Numbered from the stretch's first letter, positions 37,373 through 46,977 are shown. The stretch: 64,000 nt of DNA from Alcanivoracaceae bacterium (GCA_029210325.1 JARGPU010000007.1:32439-96438); one strand, 5' to 3'. Program-made: numbers and translations. The notes: generated by a model not told the origin, from the sequence alone.

Positions 37373-38806
37373 ATGCATTTTTATCGCGATAAAGTTCCTG
37401 ATCCACCAAGGGGGCTAGCAAGGCTGCGCTGGTATGGGCCGGGGTTGTTGTGGATGTTATCGGCGGTGGGCACCGGCTCTATTCTATTTACGCCTCGGGT
37501 TGCGTCTCAATATCAGTATGAATTGTTGTGGCTACTGTTGGTGGTGGTTTTTTTTATGTGGGTCATGATTCGTGAAATGGCTCGCTTTTCTATTGTCTCC
37601 GGTCTCACCATGCTGGAGGGGATGTACAGTCTTAAAGGGCCACGGGGTTGGGCGGTGTGGACTATTTTTATTCCGCAGTTATTTGCGGCGGCGGTCGGTA
37701 TTGCGGGTTTATCCGCTGTGGTAGGTAGTGCGTTAGCCACTTTTTTGCCGGGAAGCACGACTCTCTATGCGTTGTTGGTGTTATGTGCCTGTACCGTCTT
37801 TACCGTGGGCGGTAGCTATATGCGCATCGAATTATTCAGCCGCTTTATGGCGCTGATTTTGATGGCGGTAACGGTCGTGTCGGCGCTGTTGATTGCGCCG
37901 GAGAGTAAGCCAATCCTGCAGGGGTTGGCGTTTAGTTGGCCCGAAGAGTCGGAGCTGTACATCATCATGCCCTGGGTGGGGACCATATTGGCCGGATCTA
38001 TGGGCATTGTCTGGTTTGGCTACTGGACGGCGAGCCGGGGTTATGGCGGCGGCCTGGTGGGCAGGGAGCGCGATGATGAGTTACCTGAACAGCTTCGCGA
38101 TGAACAAAATAAGTCTGCCACTCAATCCAAGAAGGGCGAATTAAAACATTACCGTATTTCCGAGTGGATCAGGGTAATGACCGGGGCTGCCACTGTGGGC
38201 GTTGTGGGTGGTTTGCTGGTTATCTTTTCTTTTATGGTGCTTGGCAGTGAACTGTTGGCGCCGCGCGGTATTTTGCCGGAAGGCACCGATGTGGCCGTTG
38301 ACCTGACGCGCATGTTGTCCGAGTTGTGGGGCGCTTGGGGCAAAATATTAATGCTCGCCGCTATCATCATCGCTATTGGCGGCAGCATTCTTGCCAATCA
38401 GGATGGCTGGGGACGCAGCTTTGCCGATATGAGTTTGATTTTGGCCAGAGGAAAGCGTCACGCCAAACAGCGTGGCTGGTTTGTGGAGAGTATCGACTGG
38501 CTGGAAAGCAAAACCGGGCTTGCAATATATAATCGGACTGGACTGAAGCGTTTGTATATCTTGCTCGTAACCTTTCTTCTGCCTGTGATCATCGTGTTGT
38601 TATTTCGGAACCCAGTTCAAGTTATGTCGGCTTCCGGCATTATCGCTGCCACTCACACGCCGTTCATTGTCGTCACGGCTTTGATTGTCAACCGCACACG
38701 ACTGCCAAAGCGTTTACGGCCTGGCGTATTCAGTACTTCGATGATGTTGCTGTCCGGGATTTTTTACCTGGGCTTTGCCTGGCTGTACTGTCTACGGTTT
38801 TTCTAA
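37373..38806 (+). CDS. NRAMP-family divalent metal transporter-like protein
   Basis: About 11 TM helices. N-terminal GPGLLWMLSAVGTGSILFTP resembles the NRAMP GPG...D-P-G-N region, but the DPGN motif itself is not conserved. Confidence 0.65.
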   Translation: MHFYRDKVPDPPRGLARLRWYGPGLLWMLSAVGTGSILFTPRVASQYQYELLWLLLVVVFFMWVMIREMARFSIVSGLTMLEGMYSLKGPRGWAVWTIFIPQLFAAAVGIAGLSAVVGSALATFLPGSTTLYALLVLCACTVFTVGGSYMRIELFSRFMALILMAVTVVSALLIAPESKPILQGLAFSWPEESELYIIMPWVGTILAGSMGIVWFGYWTASRGYGGGLVGRERDDELPEQLRDEQNKSATQSKKGELKHYRISEWIRVMTGAATVGVVGGLLVIFSFMVLGSELLAPRGILPEGTDVAVDLTRMLSELWGAWGKILMLAAIIIAIGGSILANQDGWGRSFADMSLILARGKRHAKQRGWFVESIDWLESKTGLAIYNRTGLKRLYILLVTFLLPVIIVLLFRNPVQVMSASGIIAATHTPFIVVTALIVNRTRLPKRLRPGVFSTSMMLLSGIFYLGFAWLYCLRFF

Positions 38807-38837
38807 ATACATAATTTCCAGCGCTTCCTGGCCACGG

Positions 38838-39917
38838 TTATGGGTGTGTATTCAAGACAGAGCGTGGACCGGTTTCTTGCTCTTGGCCCGCAAGACGATA
38901 CTGATCGGGAGGCATGCCGCACCAGCGTTTGAATGCCCGGCGAAAGTTGGCGCTATCGTGGTAGTTTAGCAGCGTTGCGATGGCGTCCACTGACAGCTGC
39001 CCGTCGCGCAGATAGCTCTTGGCCTGACCCGCCAGAAGTTCATCACGAATCTGGCGAAAGCCTACTCCTTCTTCCTTGAGCCGCCGCGCCAGGGTGCGTT
39101 TGCTGACAAACAGTGCCGCCGCTGCATCTTCCTCGGTTAGTGTGCCGGTCGGGTGCGAGAGCATCATGGTTTCGATTTGCCGGCGGTAGCTGTGCTGCGC
39201 GCCACGCAGGTTAGCCAGGGCAGCCTCACATTGTCTGCGCGCCAGTGCGTAGCTTTCGTGGTTGGCGGATACATTGGCTATTCGGCACAACTCCATCGGC
39301 ACGCGCACAACAATGTCATCGTTGCAGAACGTGACGCTGCCGGGGATGTGCTCCGCATAGCCTGCATTTGCGCCGGGATCTGCGTGGGCAAAATGGGTCT
39401 GCACTTCAACGGCGGGTCGGCCAATAATGAACTCGGCGCAGGAAAAGAAAACCATCGCGCAGATTTCAGCCATAAATCGGCTCACCTCAGGGCGCATCTC
39501 AACGTCAAAGGAGCAGCTTATGACAAGCTCGTCATCGCTTTGTTTGAGGCTCAGCTGGACGAAACTGACGCGCGTCGGCAAGAAGGCCTGAATCGCCTGG
39601 ACGGCGGCCAGAAGGTTTGGGCTGCTACTGGCCAGATAGCCCATCGGGCCATGTGCGGGGGGCGTCAGCCGTTTCCCAAGCCGCAAGCCAAACCCCTCGT
39701 CCTGGGACAGGCGCAGTGCATTCTCAATCACCTGAATTTGTTGTTCCGTGCTGAGTCGGGTTGCTTCATCCAGCAGTTGCTCAACGGTGAGCTGTGTCTC
39801 CGACAGGAGGTCGGGCAAGTCACGGGCGTGCATGCCCAATTCCTGGGCGATCAGGCGCGTGTAGCTAGCGGGAATGCTGGTCAGCACGGGGGAATCCGCG
39901 CGTGTCAGTTGGCTCAT
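38838..39917 (-). CDS. AraC-family transcriptional regulator (N-terminal AraC-binding-like domain)
   Basis: C-terminal double HTH (LFVSKRTLARRLKEEG ... LLNYHDSANFRRAFKRWCGMPPDQYR). Divergent from the fdx-CYP153 operon. Confidence 0.85.
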   Translation of the reverse strand: MSQLTRADSPVLTSIPASYTRLIAQELGMHARDLPDLLSETQLTVEQLLDEATRLSTEQQIQVIENALRLSQDEGFGLRLGKRLTPPAHGPMGYLASSSPNLLAAVQAIQAFLPTRVSFVQLSLKQSDDELVISCSFDVEMRPEVSRFMAEICAMVFFSCAEFIIGRPAVEVQTHFAHADPGANAGYAEHIPGSVTFCNDDIVVRVPMELCRIANVSANHESYALARRQCEAALANLRGAQHSYRRQIETMMLSHPTGTLTEEDAAAALFVSKRTLARRLKEEGVGFRQIRDELLAGQAKSYLRDGQLSVDAIATLLNYHDSANFRRAFKRWCGMPPDQYRLAGQEQETGPRSVLNTHP

Positions 39918-40080
39918 TATTATATTGCCTTTCGTCGAACCATTCGGGGATTGTCTTGAAATGACCCCCTTGTGTCAATTGCCGACCTGTTGAGCCTTCC
40001 CAGTAAAGGGCAATCATGACAAGCATGAACATGGCCTATGGGTGGCTGATCCTCAGCCATCAACAGACTCGGAGGGTTTT

Positions 40081-40401
40081 ATGGGACGCATGACTTTTAT
40101 CGAACACGACGGCACCCGGCATGAAGTGGAAATCGAGGCGGACAAGTCGTTAATGCAGCACGCAGCCGACAATATGGTGCCCGGTATCGATGCGGACTGC
40201 GGTGGTGAATGCGCCTGTGGCACCTGCCATGTGATCGTTGACCATCAATGGTTTGCCAAGACCGGCGCGATCAACGGCAACGAGAAGCAGATGCTGGAGA
40301 TGACCCCGGAGGGTGCTCCCACATCTCGTCTGGCCTGCCAGATAGAGGTCACCGATGCCCTGGATGGGCTGGTGGTCCATCTGCCCGAATTCCAGATGTA
40401 A
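40081..40401 (+). CDS. [2Fe-2S] ferredoxin, putidaredoxin/adrenodoxin type
   Basis: C-x5-C-x2-C ... C pattern (CGGECACGTCHV ... LACQ). GGAGGG RBS before ATG 40081. Confidence 0.9.
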   Translation: MGRMTFIEHDGTRHEVEIEADKSLMQHAADNMVPGIDADCGGECACGTCHVIVDHQWFAKTGAINGNEKQMLEMTPEGAPTSRLACQIEVTDALDGLVVHLPEFQM

Positions 40402-40413
40402 GGGAGAGACACT

Positions 40414-41802
40414 ATGAGTATTTCAACCCTGGCGATGAATTTAAGTGCCCGTGTGGTGCCGATGCAATGGCAGATCAAAGCGGCGCATCTGGCACAAAAA
40501 ACGCTGGATAGAATCGGCCTGGCTGCGAAGATCCCTGAGTTTGTGGAGTCACCCTTGCCGGATGTGTCCACCTTGGCGATTGAAGATATTGATGTCAGCA
40601 ATCCCTTTCTCTGGCGTCAGGGGTTGTGGGGTTCCTATTTTAAGCGGCTGCGCGACGAGCAGCCCGTGCACTTCCAGAAGAACAGCCCCTTCGGGCCTTT
40701 TTGGTCGGTCACCCGTTTCGACGATATTCTTTTTGTCGACAAGCACCACGAGCTGTTCTCGGCCGAACCAATCATCACTTTGGGTGATCAGCCCGCTGGC
40801 CTGGCGATTGAAACCTTTATCGCCATGGATCCGCCCAAGCACGATAAACAACGTCAGGCGGTTCAAAATGTGGTTGCGCCCAAGAACCTCAAGGAAATGG
40901 AAAGCCTGATTCGACAGCGTACTCAGGAGGTGCTGGATAACTTACCGGTGGACCAGCCATTCGATTGGGTGAGCAGTGTATCCATAGAGTTGACGGCGCG
41001 CATGCTGGCCACATTGCTCGATTTCCCCTACGAGCAGCGGCGCAAGCTGGTGTACTGGTCCGATGTGGCTGCGGCCAGCCCGGAAACCACCGGAGGGCAG
41101 GTGGAGCGTGATGAGTTCTTTCCGGTTGTTGCTGAGGTGGCGCAAGCGTTTTCTCAGCTGTGGCGTGACAAGGCAGCCCGCCAGAATGCTGGAGAAGAGC
41201 CCGGGTTCGACATTATCAGCCTGATGCTGAATAACGAGGACACCAAGGATCTGATCCATCGGCCGATGGAGTTTCTCGGCAATCTGGCATTGCTGATCGT
41301 TGGTGGTAACGATACCACTCGCAACTCTATGACCGGCGGCGTGCTGGCGCTGAACAAGTTCCCGCAGGAATTCGACAAGCTGAAATCGAATCCTGCCCTT
41401 ATTCCGAACATGGTGTCCGAAATTATTCGCTGGCAGACACCGCTGGCTTATATGCGCCGAGTTGCCAAAGTGGATGTGGAGCTAAATGGTGCAACCATCC
41501 GCAAGGGCGACAAAGTGGTGATGTGGTATGCCTCTGGTAATCGCGACGAGCGCGCGATCGATAACCCGGACGATTTCATTATTGATCGCAAAGGCGCGCG
41601 TAATCACCTGTCTTTCGGTTTTGGCGTGCACCGTTGCATGGGTAACCGTCTGGCCGAGATGCAGCTGAGAATTCTGTGGGAAGAGCTGCTGGAGCGATTT
41701 GACCGTATCGAAGTTCAGGGCGAACCAGAATACGTTCAGTCGAACTTCGTCCGCGGTTATACCAGCATGATGGTCAAAGTGAGCAACAAAAACCGGAGCT
41801 GA
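40414..41802 (+). CDS. cytochrome P450, CYP153 family alkane terminal hydroxylase
   Basis: Heme loop FGFGVHRCMGNRLAE and I-helix LLIVGGNDTTRNS. N-terminal region IEDIDVSNPFLWRQGLWGSYFKRLRDEQPVHFQ is typical of CYP153A. Confidence 0.92.
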   Translation: MSISTLAMNLSARVVPMQWQIKAAHLAQKTLDRIGLAAKIPEFVESPLPDVSTLAIEDIDVSNPFLWRQGLWGSYFKRLRDEQPVHFQKNSPFGPFWSVTRFDDILFVDKHHELFSAEPIITLGDQPAGLAIETFIAMDPPKHDKQRQAVQNVVAPKNLKEMESLIRQRTQEVLDNLPVDQPFDWVSSVSIELTARMLATLLDFPYEQRRKLVYWSDVAAASPETTGGQVERDEFFPVVAEVAQAFSQLWRDKAARQNAGEEPGFDIISLMLNNEDTKDLIHRPMEFLGNLALLIVGGNDTTRNSMTGGVLALNKFPQEFDKLKSNPALIPNMVSEIIRWQTPLAYMRRVAKVDVELNGATIRKGDKVVMWYASGNRDERAIDNPDDFIIDRKGARNHLSFGFGVHRCMGNRLAEMQLRILWEELLERFDRIEVQGEPEYVQSNFVRGYTSMMVKVSNKNRS

Positions 41803-41805
41803 GCC

Positions 41806-43068
41806 ATGAGTCATTCACCGTCCCAGCCCGGCGAGAATCAGGTATGCGTGATCATCGGGGCCAGTCATGCGGCGGCCCAGCTCGCCACCAGTCTGCGCCA
41901 GCAAGGCTGGAGCGGGTCCATTCGCATGATTGGCGACGAAGGTGGGCTGCCTTACCAGCGGCCACCATTGTCGAAGGCGTTTCTTTGCGGAGAAAAGGGT
42001 GCCGACAGCCTGATAATTCGACCCAGTGCTTTCTATGAAAAGCATCAGATCGAATTCATCCCGGGTAGAGTGACTGCGATTGATCGGGCGGCCAAGACGC
42101 TGACTCTGGCGGATGGCAGTGAGCAGCACTATGACAAGCTGGCGCTGTGTACCGGCACCAGAGTCATCCGCTTGCCGATTAAGGGCGCAAGCCTTGCCGG
42201 TGTGCACTATCTGCGTACTCTGGCGGACGTTGAAGGCATTCGCCGGGAGCTGCCGGATACCCGTCGTGTGGTCATCATCGGCGGCGGCTATATCGGTCTG
42301 GAAACCGCCGCGTCATTGCGTAAGCAGGGTATTGATGTGGTCGTGCTGGAAATGGCCGAACGGGTATTACAGCGGGTCACTGCGCCGCAAGTTTCCGCCT
42401 TCTATCAACGTATGCACAGCGAAGCCGGCGTAATCATTGAGACCAGCACCATGGTGGCAGCGTTTGACGGTGAGCAACGAGTTGAGCGAGTGCTATGTGC
42501 CGATGGACGTTCTTATGCGGCGGACATGGTGATTGTCGGGATTGGCGTTAGGCCGAATAGTGAGCTTGCCGAAGCTGCCGGGCTTGAGATAGACAACGGC
42601 ATCGTCGTTGATGAGTATTGCCAAACACAGGACCCCGACATCGTTGCAGCCGGCGATTGTGCCAATCAATGGGACCCAGGCTCCGCCCAGCGGCGGCGGC
42701 TGGAATCCGTACCTAACGCGGTGGAGCAGGCGAAAACCGCTGCTGCCACCTTGTGCGGGGAAAAGATCCCGCAGATCAGCTTGCCCTGGTTCTGGTCCGA
42801 TCAATATGACCTTAAACTGCAGATGGCTGGTTTGAATCAGGGCTACGATCAGGTGGTGATTCGCGGTACCGCCGATTCGGGTAGCAGCTTTGCTGCGTTC
42901 TACTTCCAGCAGGGGCAGCTGATCGCCGCTGATTGTGTTAATCGTGCTCCTGAATTTATGCTGGCGAAAAAGTTGCTTGGCCAAAAACAAACTTTCGATC
43001 TAACCCAGCTTGCCGACGAAGCCATTCCAGTTAAACAACTGATGGCGGAGTTGACGGCTTCAGCCTGA
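41806..43068 (+). CDS. FAD-dependent ferredoxin--NAD(P)+ reductase (putidaredoxin reductase-like)
   Basis: VCVIIGASHAAAQLA and VVIIGGGYIGLETAA dinucleotide-binding motifs. 420 aa. Last gene of the P450 operon. Confidence 0.88.
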   Translation: MSHSPSQPGENQVCVIIGASHAAAQLATSLRQQGWSGSIRMIGDEGGLPYQRPPLSKAFLCGEKGADSLIIRPSAFYEKHQIEFIPGRVTAIDRAAKTLTLADGSEQHYDKLALCTGTRVIRLPIKGASLAGVHYLRTLADVEGIRRELPDTRRVVIIGGGYIGLETAASLRKQGIDVVVLEMAERVLQRVTAPQVSAFYQRMHSEAGVIIETSTMVAAFDGEQRVERVLCADGRSYAADMVIVGIGVRPNSELAEAAGLEIDNGIVVDEYCQTQDPDIVAAGDCANQWDPGSAQRRRLESVPNAVEQAKTAAATLCGEKIPQISLPWFWSDQYDLKLQMAGLNQGYDQVVIRGTADSGSSFAAFYFQQGQLIAADCVNRAPEFMLAKKLLGQKQTFDLTQLADEAIPVKQLMAELTASA

Positions 43069-43307
43069 AAGGCTGGGGTGGTGACATGTCAACAAACAGG
43101 AGGGAGTCAGCGAATAGATTGATGTCCTCCAGTCTCAGACCCGGTTTTCGCCTTCCGGCAATGATGCCGCATGCTCGCGACTTCTGCCGCTTTTACTATT
43201 ACAAGCTAATCGAGTCATATTTGGGCATATGCTTTGACAGTAATGCCATTCTCAGGGAGACTTGCTGACTACTGTCTGGCAATTCGCACCTAAATCTTGG
43301 GAATGCT

Positions 43308-43766
43308 TTGAAAGAAACTCCTGAAGTAAAATCAGGGACGTCGACGGTTTCGTCCCAGCGTGATGGATTGTCAGCAGAGTCTCCTCAGGGGGAGCACAAG
43401 GCGGGGCTGATATATTTTATCGTCCCTCTGATGCTGCTGTTCTCTAGCGCCATTATGGCGACTGCCTGGCTTGGCCATTTGCGCTTTAAGGAAGATCTGA
43501 CTTTCTTGATGGCGACGCTTTTTGCCTGGCTGCTGGTGCTTCCGGAGTATGCGCTTAACATCCTTGCGCTGCGTCTTGGTTATCGAAAGTTCACCGGCGG
43601 GCAGATGGGGGCGTTCAGGCTGTGCACCGGTGTTGTCGCCATTGCCTTTGTTTCTCATTATATGTTGGGTGAGGAGCTGACCATTCAGAAGTTGCTAGGC
43701 TTTGGGGTTATGGCTTTTTCAATGATCCTGATATCAAGCTCCAGTAGCAAAGCGATGGATCAATAG
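43308..43766 (+). CDS. DUF486 (DMT-superfamily half-size) membrane protein with N-terminal extension
   Basis: The core PLMLLFSSAIMATAWLGHLRFK ... VLPEYALNI is paralogous to the next gene. TTG start, so the N-terminus is uncertain. Confidence 0.55.
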   Translation: MKETPEVKSGTSTVSSQRDGLSAESPQGEHKAGLIYFIVPLMLLFSSAIMATAWLGHLRFKEDLTFLMATLFAWLLVLPEYALNILALRLGYRKFTGGQMGAFRLCTGVVAIAFVSHYMLGEELTIQKLLGFGVMAFSMILISSSSSKAMDQ

Positions 43767-43769
43767 CCA

Positions 43770-44102
43770 ATGGTATTCTACGCCGTCCCACTAATGCTGT
43801 TTGCTTCTAGTCTGTTGATGGCGTTTGCATGGCTGGGGCATATCCGTTTCCGCCACAAGGGGTTTTTCTTCGCTCTTTGCGTGAGCTGGTTTATCGTGTT
43901 ACCTGAATACCTGCTTAATATTTCGGCGATTCGCTGGGGCGTTGGCAGTTATCAGCCAAGCGAAATGGCTGCTATGAACCTGAGTTCGGGGGTTGTCTGC
44001 GTTGCTATCGTGGCCAAGGTATTTCTGGGTGAGCATCTTAATCGCCGCCAGATCGCCGGGTTTTTCTTGATGGGGCTTGGCGTATTTATGGTTGTGCTCT
44101 AA
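43770..44102 (+). CDS. DUF486 (DMT-superfamily half-size) membrane protein
   Basis: 110 aa with 4 TM helices. AFAWLGHIRFRHK ... VLPEYLLNISA is the DUF486 pattern. Confidence 0.65.
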   Translation: MVFYAVPLMLFASSLLMAFAWLGHIRFRHKGFFFALCVSWFIVLPEYLLNISAIRWGVGSYQPSEMAAMNLSSGVVCVAIVAKVFLGEHLNRRQIAGFFLMGLGVFMVVL

Positions 44103-44158
44103 GGTTTTGGTAGTGAATTCGGAATCCCTTTCGGGTTAACTATTTAGATTTCTTCAAT

Positions 44159-44190
44159 AAAAAAGGCGACACCGGAGTGTCGCCTTTTTT
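44159..44190. terminator. bidirectional intrinsic terminator
   Basis: A6-ggcgacac-cgga-gtgtcgcc-T6, lying between the convergent DUF486 gene and GlyGly-CTERM paralogue A. Confidence 0.75.
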
Positions 44191-44207
44191 ATTTTTCTTG
44201 CCTGAAG

Positions 44208-45640
44208 CTAGCGCCGCATTAGCGTGCCATGCGACGGCGCAGCATCACTGCGCCTAGCATCAACATGAGCACGGCCGGTGCGGTGCTACCGCCGCTGCTG
44301 CCGCCACCAGTGGACACCTTGCCCATGACGATCTTGCTGCCTGCGCCATCATCGGCCGCATAGACTCTGGGCCAGAATAGCTTGCCATCGTCCGCCATGG
44401 CAGCGGGGTAGGCCTTGTTCCAGCCATTGAAGCTCACCGCATTACTGGTCAAGACATTAGAGTCACTCGCTTTGCCCGAACTGCTGACGGATACATGGCT
44501 CATGCCACCACGCATGCCGTGGAACACTTGCACGGTGTTGTTGCTTGCCATGAAGGCCTGTGCATATTTGAACGGGCCAAGCTCGGAATCATCAACGACT
44601 TTGATTGCCGTCATGTCCGCAGCACTGCCGTCTTGATCATCAAGGGAGGGATCCAGCTTGGCGTAGAACAAGGTGCCTCCACTAGCGCTGACCGTGTTAT
44701 AGACATCCCAAATCGGGGCATTGCGCTTGTCGGCCCAGACCACAGCCACCTTGTCCTTGCTATCCGCCATGATGCTGTAATGCGCTGCATGCGGGGCATC
44801 GCCCACATCTGACTCCGAACCCTGATCCGTTGACAGGTTAGTGGTGATCACGTTGGTAGCGTCAATCAGCACGCTGCCATCGGTGCCATCCAGCATGCCG
44901 TAGGAAACCGTGCAAAGATTACCGGTAGTACTGTTGCAATCCTGAAACACAATATGGACATTGCCGTCGCTATCTAAGGCAATAGGGTTGGTGCCATGAC
45001 CGTTGTGATTTGCATCGGTAAACGGCCTCACCGGTGCAATAACTTCCGTCAACGTAGAGTCATATTTGGTAAACAGGCCATCGTGGCTCCAGACGTAAAC
45101 ATTGTCGGCATCATCCAACTCGATAAACGGATGCTTGAAGTCCGGTCCAGCATCGACTTCCGCCTCTTCCGTGATGGAGGCTAGAACCGGCGAAGTGCCG
45201 TCCTGCGGAGCAAGGGAGGGATCGAGCTTGATCAGATACAAGCTGCCCGCTTGGTTGTCGGTATTACGGTAGTCCCTAAAGCCCCAAGACACGTACACCT
45301 TGTCGTCCGATCCCACCTCGATATCTGCAGTGGTGACAGAGTCACCGGCAGCGTCAGTGGTCAGTTTGACCTCATCGATCAGCACGGTGCCATTCTTTGA
45401 GACCATCATGTAGCCGACGTTGGCATCTGTATCCCCCCGCATTTGTTCTTCCGCACTCCCGATGCGGTAGACGATGTGATAGTTGCCAGCCGAGTCTTTA
45501 TCGACGCGGGGACGATCCCGCGCAAACGCGGTGTCTGCGGAAATTTCCGTGTATGCCAGCTCTGCCGCGGATACTGGCAATGCGGACAGTGACATGATTG
45601 CAGCGGCGAGGCTTGAAGCCAGCAGCCCTGCACTACTTTT
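44208..45640. repeat. dispersed direct repeat, copy A (pairs with 47000-48430)
   Basis: 44208-45432 appears identical to 47000-48234 (offset 2792). The two copies then differ by a 3-nt C-run indel and scattered substitutions. Weaker homology extends 3' through the terminator. Confidence 0.85.
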
Positions 45641-45658
45641 GGTTGATGTTGTTGTCAT
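44219..45658 (-). CDS. secreted repeat protein with GlyGly-CTERM-like sorting tail, paralogue A
   Basis: Signal peptide ...AAIMSLSALPVSA|AELAY. C-terminus STGGGSSGGSTAPAVLMLMLGAVMLRRRMAR (Gly-Gly, TM helix, Arg cluster). ATG 45658 with an AAAGGGGA RBS. No known catalytic domain recognised. Confidence 0.7.
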   Translation of the reverse strand: MTTTSTKSSAGLLASSLAAAIMSLSALPVSAAELAYTEISADTAFARDRPRVDKDSAGNYHIVYRIGSAEEQMRGDTDANVGYMMVSKNGTVLIDEVKLTTDAAGDSVTTADIEVGSDDKVYVSWGFRDYRNTDNQAGSLYLIKLDPSLAPQDGTSPVLASITEEAEVDAGPDFKHPFIELDDADNVYVWSHDGLFTKYDSTLTEVIAPVRPFTDANHNGHGTNPIALDSDGNVHIVFQDCNSTTGNLCTVSYGMLDGTDGSVLIDATNVITTNLSTDQGSESDVGDAPHAAHYSIMADSKDKVAVVWADKRNAPIWDVYNTVSASGGTLFYAKLDPSLDDQDGSAADMTAIKVVDDSELGPFKYAQAFMASNNTVQVFHGMRGGMSHVSVSSSGKASDSNVLTSNAVSFNGWNKAYPAAMADDGKLFWPRVYAADDGAGSKIVMGKVSTGGGSSGGSTAPAVLMLMLGAVMLRRRMAR

Positions 45659-45841
45659 GGTTTTCCCCTTTGAATTGATCCCAATAACGGTGTTCCACTT
45701 AACCCTGTGAAAACGGACATCAACAGCAAAAGGCCAGATGGCTCTACGGGGCATGGGCGCTACTTCAGAGTAATAGAATCGGGTCTTTTTACAACCCCAA
45801 GCATGGTTTGGAGCTACCTAACTGTAGCTATGAGCCTCGGC

Positions 45842-46333
45842 CTATTGCTCAGGGGCAGGGTCCATCTGCTTAAGCATGCTGGGCTTCCAACTCTTGTCCT
45901 CAGCCCCCCCGGGGATGGCTCGACCGCCTCGACGCGTGTTTTGCTGTTGCTGCAAGATACGCTGCTGCCTGGCATCCTGCTCCGCCAAGGATGCCGGGTC
46001 CATGTTGCCGTCCGGCAAAACGTCAATGCTTGCAAGATGATCATTGCCTTCGCCGTCACGCCGCCAGCCGAGGACAATATTCAGGCCTTCCTGGCGGGCT
46101 ATCTGATCCATTGCCCGCTGCAGGGGCATATTTTTAATGGATATGGATACCAAGCGCTCCACGTTTGAATCTACCTTGATGGTGGCGCCTGTCTGCTGGG
46201 CAACATCGGTCAGTACAGTGGTCAGGGACTGCTGCGCTACTTCTATTGCCACGCTGTCGCCGTTAACTGTCACCTGCGCATGGGCGACAGAAGCCGTTAG
46301 CAGCATGGCAGACAAAATCAGGGGTAATTTCAT
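45842..46333 (-). CDS. periplasmic STN-domain protein
   Basis: Signal peptide MKLPLILSAMLLTASVAHA|Q. SLTTVLTDVAQQTGATIKVDSNVERLVSISIKNMPLQRAMDQIARQEGL fits the secretin/TonB short N-terminal (STN) domain pattern. Gln/Arg-rich tail. Confidence 0.5.
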   Translation of the reverse strand: MKLPLILSAMLLTASVAHAQVTVNGDSVAIEVAQQSLTTVLTDVAQQTGATIKVDSNVERLVSISIKNMPLQRAMDQIARQEGLNIVLGWRRDGEGNDHLASIDVLPDGNMDPASLAEQDARQQRILQQQQNTRRGGRAIPGGAEDKSWKPSMLKQMDPAPEQ

Positions 46334-46362
46334 TTATTGCTCCAACTATATAGCCGTGGCCA

Positions 46363-46890
46363 TTACTCCGCTTGCTCAGAGGAGCTGAAGCGAATCTCCT
46401 GGATTTCCCGGGTAACGGTGATGTAAGCACCGCCCTGCTGCCTGACCAGCTTGATCAAGCCTTTGCCGGTCAGTACCGCCAAGCCGGGCTGCTCTGCCAG
46501 CTGGGCTTGATCCAGTGCAAGCTCAGGGCCGGTGCAAGGCACGAGGGTCACCGTATCGGCGTTATACTGCGCCATCATGCCGGTCAGGTCTGTGGCCGGA
46601 CGAGGGTTCTCGCCCAAGTCGATATCGTGACTTTCAAACCCCTTGAAGAACTCCTTCGGTGGGAAGTACTCCACACCCTGTCCTGTCACCGGCACCACGT
46701 TCAAGTGCGAGCCGCACTTTCCCAACTCCAGACCCGGCCATACCCGATCATCACTGAATTTTTGTCCCTGCTTGCCGCCATCACCAGAATGGGCCTCGGC
46801 GGCAGGTGTGTCAGTCTCGGCTGGATCCGAGCATGCTGTCAGCAGCCAGGCTGATAGCAGCAGCGCTAATAGTTGAAGTGGGCGACGCAT
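46363..46890 (-). CDS. lipoprotein, unknown function
   Basis: Lipobox LLTAC after MRRPLQLLALLLSAW (start ATG 46890). Three further Cys in the mature part. No family recognised. Confidence 0.6.
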   Translation of the reverse strand: MRRPLQLLALLLSAWLLTACSDPAETDTPAAEAHSGDGGKQGQKFSDDRVWPGLELGKCGSHLNVVPVTGQGVEYFPPKEFFKGFESHDIDLGENPRPATDLTGMMAQYNADTVTLVPCTGPELALDQAQLAEQPGLAVLTGKGLIKLVRQQGGAYITVTREIQEIRFSSSEQAE

Positions 46891-46945
46891 ACATACTTCC
46901 CTGATTAAGATAGAAAAGGTGCCTGCCATGCAGACTACCTGATAT

Positions 46946-46977
46946 AAAAAAAGGCGACACCAAAGTGTCGCCTTTTT
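46946..46977. terminator. intrinsic terminator downstream of paralogue B
   Basis: A7-ggcgacac-caaa-gtgtcgcc-T5. Same stem as the terminator at 44165-44184 but a different loop. Confidence 0.75.

Noticed and set aside
36726-37378. ORFs 36726-36998(-), 36802-37020(+) and 37043-37378(-) as genes
   Set aside because: They overlap one another, have no RBS or motif, and their compositions look random. Only the 37047-37304 frame looks protein-like, and it is reported as a low-interest finding rather than a feature.
40042-40080. N-terminal extension (GTG 40042) of the ferredoxin
   Set aside because: ATG 40081 is preceded by GGAGGG at proper spacing and gives the usual ~106-aa ferredoxin length. The extension is not ferredoxin-like.
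43086-43268. 60-aa ORF between the ferredoxin reductase and the first DUF486 gene
   Set aside because: No RBS, and a Ser/Arg/Cys-rich composition. More likely a 5' untranslated or promoter region of the DUF486 genes.
45659-45841. Long upstream extensions of the two GlyGly-CTERM ORFs (starts at 45754 and 48516)
   Set aside because: The extensions are unrelated between the copies and precede good RBS-ATG pairs that yield canonical signal peptides.
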